35,584 nt of DNA, from the NCBI GenBank assembly GCA_016212245.1, contig JACRGU010000127.1, positions 1 through 35,584 of the forward strand, written 5' to 3'. Below are positions 1 through 7,918 of the stretch, piece after piece. Source of the stretch: Nitrospirota bacterium (GTDB lineage: Bacteria > Nitrospirota > Thermodesulfovibrionia > Thermodesulfovibrionales > SM23-35). The first letter of the stretch is position 1, and each line of letters opens with the position of its first letter. Under the pieces are notes generated by a model. The model worked only from the letters and a program-made list of their open reading frames with translations. It was not told the DNA's origin and did not search any database. The translations under genes were made by a program, and so were the position numbers.

Positions 1-1320
1 GCAGGTGCTTACTGGAGAGGTAATGAGAAAAACAAGATGCTTCAGAGGATTTATGGGACATCATTTACAGATGAGAAGGATTTAAAGGAATATCTTAATT
101 TTCTTGAAGAGGTTAAGAAGAGAAACCACAGGAGGCTTGGAAAGGAGCTTGACCTGTTCAGTATCAGCGAAGAGATTGGAGCTGGACTTATCATCTGGCA
201 CCCAAACGGTGCGATGATAAGAAAGATGATAGAAGATTTCTGGATAAATCAACACTATATGGCAGATTACAAAATCCTTTATACACCCCATATAGCAAAG
301 CTCCAGTTATGGCAGAAGAGCGGCCATCTCGACTATTACAGGGATAATATGTATTCTCCGATGGAGATTGAAGGAATAGACTATGAGATTAAGCCCATGA
401 ATTGTCCCTTTCATATCCATGTCTATAAAACCTCATTAAGGAGTTACAGAGACCTTCCGATAAGATATGCTGAATTGGGGACAGTTTACAGATATGAACG
501 TTCAGGCGTTCTGCATGGCCTTCTACGTGTCAGAGGTTTTACGCAGGACGATGCACATATATTCTGCAGGGAAGATCAGATAGAGGATGAGATATTGAGG
601 GTGCTGGACTTCACATTGTCTATACTCAAGACATTTGGATTTAATGAGTATGATGTTTATATTTCTACCCGACCGGATGAATATGTTGGCACACTTGAGA
701 ATTGGGAGCTTTCTACAGAGGCCCTCAGGCGGGCACTCGAGATAAAAGGTCTGTCATATAACATAGACCTAGGTGCAGGTGTTTTCTATGGTCCTAAAAT
801 AGACATAAAGGTCAAGGATTCACTCAACAGGCCGTGGCAGTGCAGCACCATACAGGTTGATTTCAACAACCCTGAAAGATTTGATATGACTTACAGAGGA
901 AGCGATGGTAAAGAGCACAGACCGATAATGATACACAGGGCATTGCTGGGTTCTTTAGAAAGGTTCTTCGGGATATTGATAGAGCATTATGCAGGGGCAT
1001 TTCCTTTATGGCTTGCACCTGTGCAGGTTGAGGTTCTTACAATTGCCGAGAGACATGCCGATTATGCAGTGGCCGTGTCAGGAAGGCTAAGATCAGAAGG
1101 GATAAGGACTGAATTAAATCTTGAAAATGAAAAGGTCGGCTATAAAATTAGGAATGCAACTATGAGGAAGGTGCCATATTTGATTATAATAGGTGATAGA
1201 GAAATTTTTGAAAAAAAAATTACAGTAAGAAAACGTAGTGGTGAAAATATCGGCCCATTGATGGTAGAAGAATTTATCGGAATAATTAAAAGTGAGATAG
1301 ATGATAAGAGAACAATATAA
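1..1320 (+). CDS. thrS: Threonine--tRNA ligase, C-terminal ~440 aa (5' end lies upstream of the window)
   Basis: Frame 1 is open from base 1 ([22 protein letters not shown]...), so the Met at 37 in the ORF track is internal. The class II catalytic core and anticodon-binding region are recognisable. It is followed by infC-rpmI-rplT-pheST as in many bacteria. Confidence 0.95.
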   Translation, partial: AGAYWRGNEKNKMLQRIYGTSFTDEKDLKEYLNFLEEVKKRNHRRLGKELDLFSISEEIGAGLIIWHPNGAMIRKMIEDFWINQHYMADYKILYTPHIAKLQLWQKSGHLDYYRDNMYSPMEIEGIDYEIKPMNCPFHIHVYKTSLRSYRDLPIRYAELGTVYRYERSGVLHGLLRVRGFTQDDAHIFCREDQIEDEILRVLDFTLSILKTFGFNEYDVYISTRPDEYVGTLENWELSTEALRRALEIKGLSYNIDLGAGVFYGPKIDIKVKDSLNRPWQCSTIQVDFNNPERFDMTYRGSDGKEHRPIMIHRALLGSLERFFGILIEHYAGAFPLWLAPVQVEVLTIAERHADYAVAVSGRLRSEGIRTELNLENEKVGYKIRNATMRKVPYLIIIGDREIFEKKITVRKRSGENIGPLMVEEFIGIIKSEIDDKRTI

Positions 1321-1334
1321 ATGGAGGTGAGAGT

Positions 1335-1829
1335 ATAACCAGAGATATAAGGGTCAACGAACAGATAAGGGCTAAGGAGGTTAGATTGATAGATGTTGAT
1401 GGGAAACAGCTTGGCGTTATGAGAGTAAGCGATGCATTGACAATTGCGGAGGACAGAGAGTTAGATCTCGTAGAGGTAGCAGCAAATGTTAACCCGCCGG
1501 TTTGTAAGATACTCGATTTCGGAAAATACAGGTATCAATTAAGCAAGAGACAGACACAGAGGAAGACAATAGAGATTAAGGAGGTTAAGATCAGGCCTCA
1601 GATAACAGAACATGACCTTGGGTTGAAGGTGAAAAATATCAGGCGTTTTCTTGATGAGGGTAATAAGGCAAAGGTGACGATGTTTTTTAAAGGGAGGGAG
1701 ATTATCAGGCCTGAACTCGGTATGAAGGTATTTGAGAAGATATCACGGTTACTTACCGGAAAGTTTAACATTGAACAGGCACCAAAACTTGAAGGTAATC
1801 ACATAACAATGGTTATAGCACCGAAATAG
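1335..1829 (+). CDS. infC: Translation initiation factor IF-3, probably starting at a non-canonical ATA codon
   Basis: The ORF track starts at TTG 1386, but the same frame is open from 1308. It encodes ITRDIRVNEQIRAKEVRLID..., matching the conserved IF-3 N-terminus (E. coli ...RINGEIRAQEVRL...). The only start-like codons there are ATA at 1335 and 1347, and GGAGGTGA at 1323-1330 precedes 1335. Confidence 0.85.
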   Translation: MTRDIRVNEQIRAKEVRLIDVDGKQLGVMRVSDALTIAEDRELDLVEVAANVNPPVCKILDFGKYRYQLSKRQTQRKTIEIKEVKIRPQITEHDLGLKVKNIRRFLDEGNKAKVTMFFKGREIIRPELGMKVFEKISRLLTGKFNIEQAPKLEGNHITMVIAPK

Positions 1830-1837
1830 GGGGATAG

Positions 1838-2035
1838 ATGCCAAAATTGAAAACACATAGAGGTGCTGCCAAGAGATTTAAGATTACGGCTAATGGCAAG
1901 ATTAAGAGGAGAAAGGGATACAAAAGCCATCTTCTTACAGGAAAATCTGCAAAAAGGACAAGAGGTCTCAGGGCAGCTACTCTGGTTTCAGATAGCGAAT
2001 ATGTTAATATTAAAAGACTTTTACCATATAAGTAG
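1838..2035 (+). CDS. rpmI: 50S ribosomal protein L35
   Basis: [26 protein letters not shown]... is a typical L35. An SD (GGGGGA) lies upstream, and the gene sits between infC and rplT. Confidence 0.95.
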   Translation: MPKLKTHRGAAKRFKITANGKIKRRKGYKSHLLTGKSAKRTRGLRAATLVSDSEYVNIKRLLPYK

Positions 2036-2040
2036 AAAAC

Positions 2041-2117
2041 AGTGAATAGTGAACAGTATTTAGTGAATAGTAAAAATGTCTCTAACTATCAACTGTTCAC
2101 TGACGACTATTCACTAT
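2041..2117. repeat. Inverted pair of period-7 repeat arrays (AGTGAAT/AGTGAAC ... GTTCACT/ATTCACT) between rpmI and rplT
   Basis: agtgaatagtgaacagt at 2041-2057 is the imperfect reverse complement of actgttcactgacgactattcact at 2091-2114. The 7-nt periodicity is visible by eye. Confidence 0.8.
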
Positions 2118-2134
2118 ATAAGTAGGAGGGATGG

Positions 2135-2497
2135 ATGCCGAGGGTAAAAGGTGGATTTAAAACAAGGAGAAGAAGGAAGAAGATATTAGAGAGGGCAAAG
2201 GGCTACTACGGAGCTAAAAGTCGTCTTTACAGGGTTGCTACAGAAGCTGTTGATAAGGCACTGCAATATGCATACAGGGACCGTAAGGTAAAGAAGCGTG
2301 AATTCCGATCGCTCTGGATTATCAGGATAAATGCTGCCGCACGTGCACTCGGACTGAGTTACAGCCAGTTTATGTCCAGACTGAAAAAGGCAAATATTAC
2401 ATTAAACAGGAAGGCACTTGCGGATATGGCTTACAATGACCCATTTGCTTTCAGTCAACTTGTAGAGACTGTAAAGACAGTGACAAGTGACGAGTGA
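2135..2497 (+). CDS. rplT: 50S ribosomal protein L20
   Basis: [18 protein letters not shown]...GYYG is a typical L20, with SD AGGAGGG upstream. The last ~7 codons (KTVTSDE) lie inside a repeat that recurs at 30867. Confidence 0.95.
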   Translation: MPRVKGGFKTRRRRKKILERAKGYYGAKSRLYRVATEAVDKALQYAYRDRKVKKREFRSLWIIRINAAARALGLSYSQFMSRLKKANITLNRKALADMAYNDPFAFSQLVETVKTVTSDE

Positions 2498-2518
2498 CAA
2501 GTTGACACAGTTTCTTGA

Positions 2519-2574
2519 GTTTATTGAGTCTCTTGGGTTTTAATAACTCAATGAACTGTGTAAACTCAATAAAC
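2519..2574. repeat. 56-bp palindromic-ended element (11-bp terminal inverted repeats gtttattgagt/actcaataaac), copy 1
   Basis: The 51-nt stretch 2524-2574 is 50/51 identical to the reverse complement of 30922-30972. Confidence 0.85.
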
Positions 2575-2611
2575 CCCGTAACCCTAACGGAACTCGTTAG
2601 TCGTTATTGTT

Positions 2612-3625
2612 ATGCTTGATATCATCCCTCTCAAAAAGGCATTCCTCGATGAATTGAATTCTATCACCAATCTATCTGAGCTCCAGCAGCTAAGGGTAAA
2701 ATACTTGGGTAAAAAGGGGCTTGTTACTTCAAAACTCAAGACCCTTTCCACAGTCTCCCCTGAGTTAAGACCAGCATACGGTAGAGCAGTAAATGAAGTT
2801 AAAGACTATATTGAAGAGGAGGTAAAGAAGAGAGGGTCTCTCCTAAAAAAAGAAGAACATAAAAAGCGCATCCTTTCAGAGGCTATAGACATGACTCTGC
2901 CAGGTAAGTTTACACCATTCGGAAGGGAACATCCAATCAATAAGGTCCTTTATGAAATTATAGATATCTTCATATCAATGGGATTCGAGGTTGAAGAAGG
3001 CCCTGAGGTAGAATTCGACTATTATAATTTTGAAGCATTAAACATGCCGAAGGACCATCCTGCGAGGGACATGCAGGACACATTTTATATCTCTGAGGAT
3101 ATTATCCTGAGGACTCATACCTCACCTGTCCAGATAAGAGTTATGGAAAAGAGAAGGCCACCCTTGAAGATTATCGCTCCGGGCAAAGTTTACAGGTGTG
3201 ATGTAGATATATCCCATACACCGATGTTCCATCAGGTAGAGGGATTCATGGTTGATACAGATATCGCCTTCAGTGATCTCAAGTGGGTACTGGAATCATT
3301 TATCCATAGCATTTTTAGTGTAGAGACGCCTGTTAGGTTCAGGCCGAGTTTTTTCCCTTTTACAGAGCCAAGCGCTGAGGTGGATATCGGTTGTACCTTC
3401 TGTGCCGGGAAGGGATGCAGGGTATGCAAGAACACAGGATGGCTCGAGATATTAGGTGCGGGTATGATAGATCCGAGGGTTTTCGAAATGGTTGGGTATA
3501 ACCCTGAATTATATACGGGTTTTGCCTTTGGAATGGGTGTGGAAAGGGTAACTATGCTCAAATATTCGATAGATGATATAAGGCTGTTTTTTGAGAATGA
3601 TATGAGGTTTTTAAAACAGTTTTAG
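2612..3625 (+). CDS. pheS: Phenylalanine--tRNA ligase alpha subunit
   Basis: It has the class II motifs (HPARDMQDTFY, FRPSFFPFTEPS, GFAFGMGVERV) and sits upstream of pheT. Confidence 0.95.
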   Translation: MLDIIPLKKAFLDELNSITNLSELQQLRVKYLGKKGLVTSKLKTLSTVSPELRPAYGRAVNEVKDYIEEEVKKRGSLLKKEEHKKRILSEAIDMTLPGKFTPFGREHPINKVLYEIIDIFISMGFEVEEGPEVEFDYYNFEALNMPKDHPARDMQDTFYISEDIILRTHTSPVQIRVMEKRRPPLKIIAPGKVYRCDVDISHTPMFHQVEGFMVDTDIAFSDLKWVLESFIHSIFSVETPVRFRPSFFPFTEPSAEVDIGCTFCAGKGCRVCKNTGWLEILGAGMIDPRVFEMVGYNPELYTGFAFGMGVERVTMLKYSIDDIRLFFENDMRFLKQF

Positions 3626-3691
3626 CCAAAGATTATGGTAATTAAGGAGGGTATAGTATTTGAGCGGTTTTGAATTTAGGATTTAACAGAG

Positions 3692-5776
3692 ATGCGTGTA
3701 CCATTTGAATGGTTAAGGGAATTTGTTGATATCTCAGCTTCTCCTGAAGAGGTAGCAGAAAGACTTACCATGGTCGGATTTGAGGTTGAGGCAATGGAGT
3801 CTGTAAAAGACGATACTGTTTTTGAGGTTAATGTTACGCCGAACAGGCCTGACTGTCTCAGTATACTCGGTATTGCGAGAGAGGTATCTGTAGCCTTTAG
3901 GGTTCCTCTGAAAATACATGTATGCGAGATTAAAGGGGAGCTGCCTCTTTCTGATTTTTCTGTTGAGATTTTTAACCACGAGCTCTGCAGTAGATATGCA
4001 GGCAGGGTAATAAAAGATGTGAGGATTTCTGATTCTCCTGAATGGATTAAGACACGGCTCGAGAAGTGCGGCATAAGGGCTATAAATAGTGTTGTTGATA
4101 TTACAAACTATGTTCTTTTAGAGTTTGGGCATCCACTCCATGCATTTGATGCTGATACAATCAATGGTAAAAAAATAAAGGTTGGCATGCCAGATACTGT
4201 ACTCCTCCAAACTCCAAACTCCAAACTCCAAACTAAAATTAAGACACTCGATGGTGTTGAGCGTGAAATATTAGGAGACTCTCTTCTGATATGGGATGCT
4301 GAAAATCCCATAGCCGTTGCTGGAGTTATGGGTGGGCTGGAAACAGAAGTCAATGACTCCACAGCGAATGTATTTCTTGAAAGTGCATATTTTGAGCCTT
4401 TTTCGATCAGGAGGACATCAAAGAGGCTGAATCTCATAAGCGAGTCTTCCTACAGGTTTGAAAGGGGGGCTGATATAGAGTTTCTTGAGAAGGCCCTCAA
4501 CAGGGCAGCCCTCATGATAAGGGAAATTGCTGGAGGAACTATATATGAAATAATAGATGTGTATCCAGTGAGATATGTGCCTGAACCTATAAAGATAAGA
4601 TACGATAGGATTAATAGAATCTTAGGGACAGAGATCTCGAATGCTGATATGCTCAAGATCCTGAAGAAGCTGGGCATTACCACAGAGGATAAGGGAGATT
4701 TTTTTATTGTATATCCCTCTGCATACAGGCGTGACATTAAGAGAGATAGTGATGTAGCTGAAGAGATAGCGAGGTCTTACGGCTATGATAGAATTCCATC
4801 GAGGATTCCGAGGAGCCCTCTTTCTTCAGGAAAGCTGGATAAAAAGATGATGAATATCATTCGGATAAGGGAAGCTATGAGAAAATCAGGATTCACAGAG
4901 GTTATTAATTACAGTTTTATGAGTCCATCGAGTCTCGATGTGATTGCCGTCCCTCAGGCTGACAGGAGGCGGAATGTTATTGTCATAAATAATCCTTTAA
5001 GACAGGATGAATCCCTGCTGAGGACAACACTGATTCCAGCCTTGATTGGAAACTTTAAATATAACCTGGATAGGGGGATAAGAGATATAAGGTTCTTCGA
5101 GATATCGAGTGTCTTTGAGGATATTGGGAGGCCCCTTCCATTAGAAGAGTTAAGGCTTGGAGGTATATTCTACAGGGATAAGACCCCTTCTCTATGGAAG
5201 GAGGATGTAGAGGGATTCTTTATCACAAAGGGTGCTATCGAATCCATGTTTGAAGAGTTAAAGATAAATGAATATTCATTCTCCTCATCTTCAGAGCTAT
5301 TTCTACATAAAGGCCAGGCATCTGATATATATGTTAGAGGCGCTTATGCGGGATACCTCGGGGTCCTCGGACCAGAAATAGTAGAAAGGCTTGATTTAAA
5401 GAAACAGAGACCGGAGATTGTTGTATTCGAACTTAACCTCGATCTGCTTTTGACACTCATACCTGATTCGATAAAATATAACGAGATACCGAGGTATCCC
5501 TATGTGGAGCGTGATATTGCCATTATTGTTGATGAAAGCCTCTCTGCTTCTGAGATTAAAGAGATCATCAGAACTTTCCCCTCAGAACTCATAGAAGAGG
5601 TTTCAGTCTTCGATTCCTACAGGGGAAGCAATATCCCTGAAGGGAAGAAAAGCCTCGCATTCAATATCAGGTACAGGGCGAAGGACAGGACACTGACCGA
5701 CGATGAGGTTGAAGAGCTTCATGCCTCACTTGTGGAGCATATACTTGAGAAGACAGGTGGGGAACTGAGAAGGTAA
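3692..5776 (+). CDS. pheT: Phenylalanine--tRNA ligase beta subunit, short form (694 aa) lacking the N-terminal OB-fold tRNA-binding (B2) domain
   Basis: The N-terminus MRVPFEWLREFV... passes directly into ...VNVTPNRPDCLSILGIAREV. The B3/4, B5 and FDX-ACB-like C-terminal regions are recognisable. Four tandem TCCAAAC heptamers lie in frame at 4206-4233. Confidence 0.93.
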   Translation: MRVPFEWLREFVDISASPEEVAERLTMVGFEVEAMESVKDDTVFEVNVTPNRPDCLSILGIAREVSVAFRVPLKIHVCEIKGELPLSDFSVEIFNHELCSRYAGRVIKDVRISDSPEWIKTRLEKCGIRAINSVVDITNYVLLEFGHPLHAFDADTINGKKIKVGMPDTVLLQTPNSKLQTKIKTLDGVEREILGDSLLIWDAENPIAVAGVMGGLETEVNDSTANVFLESAYFEPFSIRRTSKRLNLISESSYRFERGADIEFLEKALNRAALMIREIAGGTIYEIIDVYPVRYVPEPIKIRYDRINRILGTEISNADMLKILKKLGITTEDKGDFFIVYPSAYRRDIKRDSDVAEEIARSYGYDRIPSRIPRSPLSSGKLDKKMMNIIRIREAMRKSGFTEVINYSFMSPSSLDVIAVPQADRRRNVIVINNPLRQDESLLRTTLIPALIGNFKYNLDRGIRDIRFFEISSVFEDIGRPLPLEELRLGGIFYRDKTPSLWKEDVEGFFITKGAIESMFEELKINEYSFSSSSELFLHKGQASDIYVRGAYAGYLGVLGPEIVERLDLKKQRPEIVVFELNLDLLLTLIPDSIKYNEIPRYPYVERDIAIIVDESLSASEIKEIIRTFPSELIEEVSVFDSYRGSNIPEGKKSLAFNIRYRAKDRTLTDDEVEELHASLVEHILEKTGGELRR

Positions 5777-5777
5777 A

Positions 5778-5810
5778 CCCCGTTAGAAGAGCTTCGTCTT
5801 TCTAACGGGG
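5778..5810 (+). terminator. Perfect 11-bp stem hairpin immediately after the pheT stop (no T tract)
   Basis: ccccgttagaa (5778-5788) pairs with ttctaacgggg (5800-5810). The same arm sequence recurs at 21700-21727. Confidence 0.5.
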
Positions 5811-5817
5811 TAAACCA

Positions 5818-5846
5818 TTGACACTTTATATATTTTCGAGTATAAA
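5818..5846 (+). promoter_or_regulatory. Sigma70-like promoter (TTGACA-17 nt-TATAAA) directly in front of the cytochrome gene
   Basis: TTGACA lies at 5818-5823 and TATAAA at 5841-5846. The ATG at 5854 follows 7 nt after the -10 box with no SD, so the mRNA may be leaderless. Confidence 0.45.
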
Positions 5847-5853
5847 TTAGACA

Positions 5854-6879
5854 ATGAATAGAGCTATAAAATTTTTCTCTGTATGTTTTTTACTTATTAT
5901 CCTGCCAATCTTAGGATGTACCTATCTTAAGACCTCAAGACCTATCCTTCCTATAAAAGAATACGAAAAGATGATTGTGGGGAGATTTGACGCTGAGTAT
6001 GTTGGCACTGACAGGTGTCTTTCAGCCTGTCATGCCCATGATAGGATAAGGGCATCTTTTGATGTAAGCACAATGGGGGTTCAGCTCTCGAGAGAGTCAG
6101 GCCTTCCGCTTGTAAACTGCGAATCCTGCCATGGCCCTGGAAGCTTAGCAATAAAGGATATAACCTTAGAAAGGGTAAGGGCTGATGAGGAGAAAGGAAT
6201 AAAGACGACATGCGACTACAAGACCCTTATTGATATCAAAAACCTGCCTGCCCCTGCCCAATCACTTATCTGTCTGAAATGCCATACAGGTAATGCAACC
6301 TTTAATCTTCATAACTGGAATGCAGGTATCCATGCTATAAATGATGTCTCATGTCTCGATTGTCATGATATCTGTAAAACCTTTAAAGCTGGTAGTCCTG
6401 ACCTGAAGGTGAGGCCGAGGGATACGGCTGAGATGTGCTATAAATGCCATACCCATGCGAGGGCTGAATTTATGCTTCCGAGCCATCATCCTGTTCCTGA
6501 GAGAAAGGTCTTCTGCACAAGCTGTCATGACCCCCATGATGGTGGTAGTGAAAAACCATTCAGGAGGTCAACTATCAAGGATACATGCACATACTGCCAT
6601 GTAGAAAAGGCAGGGCCATTCGTCTTTGAACATGGCGGTTTAACAGATGACTGTATGGCATGCCACAGCAGCCATGGTTCTCCTAATAATAACCTTCTTA
6701 ATGTCAGGATGCCATTTCTATGTCTCCAGTGTCACGAGGGTCATGTTGTCAGCAGGGATGGGACTCCAACTATAGCGGAATCAAAGAGGGCCTTTTACAC
6801 AAGATGTACAGACTGTCATCCAACAATTCATGGAACAGATATTCCATCAGCAGGTGGAAGAGGAAGTTTTACACAATGA
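5854..6879 (+). CDS. Decahaem c-type cytochrome, lipoprotein signal (MtrA/DmsE/PioA-like)
   Basis: It has nine CxxCH motifs plus one CxxxCH (CLSACH) in 341 aa. The lipobox is LPILG-C. GPFVFEHGG...CMACHSSHGS and the C-terminal CTDCHPTIHGTD are typical of periplasmic multihaem wires. Confidence 0.85.
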   Translation: MNRAIKFFSVCFLLIILPILGCTYLKTSRPILPIKEYEKMIVGRFDAEYVGTDRCLSACHAHDRIRASFDVSTMGVQLSRESGLPLVNCESCHGPGSLAIKDITLERVRADEEKGIKTTCDYKTLIDIKNLPAPAQSLICLKCHTGNATFNLHNWNAGIHAINDVSCLDCHDICKTFKAGSPDLKVRPRDTAEMCYKCHTHARAEFMLPSHHPVPERKVFCTSCHDPHDGGSEKPFRRSTIKDTCTYCHVEKAGPFVFEHGGLTDDCMACHSSHGSPNNNLLNVRMPFLCLQCHEGHVVSRDGTPTIAESKRAFYTRCTDCHPTIHGTDIPSAGGRGSFTQ

Positions 6880-6924
6880 ACCCATCATGCCAACAAGTCT
6901 ATACGTACGAAAGGGAATAAAAAT

Positions 6925-7063
6925 GTCATTCCCGCGCAGGCGGGAATCCAGACGTCGTCCCCCGTATCAAGTACGGGGCAGGCTCTGCGAAACTTGTCCC
7001 TGCGGAAGCAGGGAGCAGGGAACTATACAAAAGGAATTGGATTCCTGTTTTCACAGGAATAAC
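6925..7063. repeat. Composite MITE/REP-like element built from four short hairpins, copy A
   Basis: The four hairpins are attcccgc-gcag-gcgggaat, ccccgta-tcaag-tacgggg, tccctgc-ggaa-gcaggga and attcctgt-tttc-acaggaat. It shares modules and a 37-nt identical block (ctatacaaaaggaattggattcctgttttcacaggaa) with 10125-10243. Confidence 0.8.
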
Positions 7064-7129
7064 AGATTAGGAGTATTTCCAGGTGAAATATATTAAAAAA
7101 GTAGCAGTGCAGCAGAGCAACAATACGGT

Positions 7130-7918
7130 ATGTTTCTTTTTCTACTGTATCCTCTTACTGTTTACTGTTCACTGTTTCCTGCCTATGCTGAAGAGCCAGA
7201 CGAAGAGTATGAGGTAGAAGAAGAGATTACGCTCGAATATGTTTATGAGGAAGAGGTCCCGAAGATTAAACCCCAATTTAAAGTCAAATTAGGCTATGGG
7301 ATTGTGGATGAAAGTGGTTCTGGAAGGGCTGGCGAATTCGATTATCTCCATTCCTCTCTCACAGGTGGCCTCAAGCTTACAGCGTACCCTCTTCCACACA
7401 GGATCGAGCTTGAGTATGAAGGTCTGAATATAAAGGACTTTTATTCTGAGATAGCTTATGCATACAAAGACATATTCCTTTCGAGGCTTATATCCACAGG
7501 ACTCTATCATAACCTCGACCATTACTATTACCCGACCCCGTATGGTGTAAATTTAGAGTCCCCACCACGTGTCCTGATGTATAACGACAGAGACTCTGAG
7601 GACAAATATGGTGTAAGGGTGGATATGCATTATCTATTCTTGAGATTCAAGATACCTGACTTCCCCCTGCATCTGTATTTAGATGGGAAGCTTTATGAGA
7701 AGGAAGGGACAAAACAGCAGAGGTTTCTCAGCGGTTATCATGGAAACATAGAGATGGTCTCAAGGACAAGAAGTATAGATTTTAGAACAGAAGAGGTTAC
7801 TATAGGTACTAATAGCCACCTCGGACCAATAGAGATTGACCTCAGCCATTATGAAAGAAACTTTAATGTTAAAGGTGATAGGGTCCTCTATGACAACTTT
7901 CCTGCTACTGCGGGGTAG
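7130..7918 (+). CDS. Outer-membrane beta-barrel protein, N-terminal part (MtrB/PioB-like); probably one gene with 7836..9095
   Basis: The signal peptide is MFLFLLYPLTVYCSLFPAYA-EE, followed by alternating amphipathic strands. The ORF ends at TAG 7916 just after a GGGG run, and the barrel-like sequence continues in the next frame. Confidence 0.7.
   Translation: MFLFLLYPLTVYCSLFPAYAEEPDEEYEVEEEITLEYVYEEEVPKIKPQFKVKLGYGIVDESGSGRAGEFDYLHSSLTGGLKLTAYPLPHRIELEYEGLNIKDFYSEIAYAYKDIFLSRLISTGLYHNLDHYYYPTPYGVNLESPPRVLMYNDRDSEDKYGVRVDMHYLFLRFKIPDFPLHLYLDGKLYEKEGTKQQRFLSGYHGNIEMVSRTRSIDFRTEEVTIGTNSHLGPIEIDLSHYERNFNVKGDRVLYDNFPATAG

Noticed and set aside
1386-1388. TTG start for infC as given in the ORF track
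   Set aside because: The conserved IF-3 N-terminal residues are encoded in frame upstream of it. It is kept only as a possible secondary initiation site.
1863-2045. 60-aa ORF overlapping rpmI in another frame
   Set aside because: It lies entirely within the well-supported L35 gene and is an alternative-frame artefact.
6720-7096. ORFs 6720..6920 and 6830..7096 between the cytochrome and barrel genes
   Set aside because: The first is an out-of-frame overlap of the cytochrome 3' end. The second is a read-through of the hairpin MITE (SFPRRRESRRRPPYQVRG...). Neither has a start context or a domain signal.
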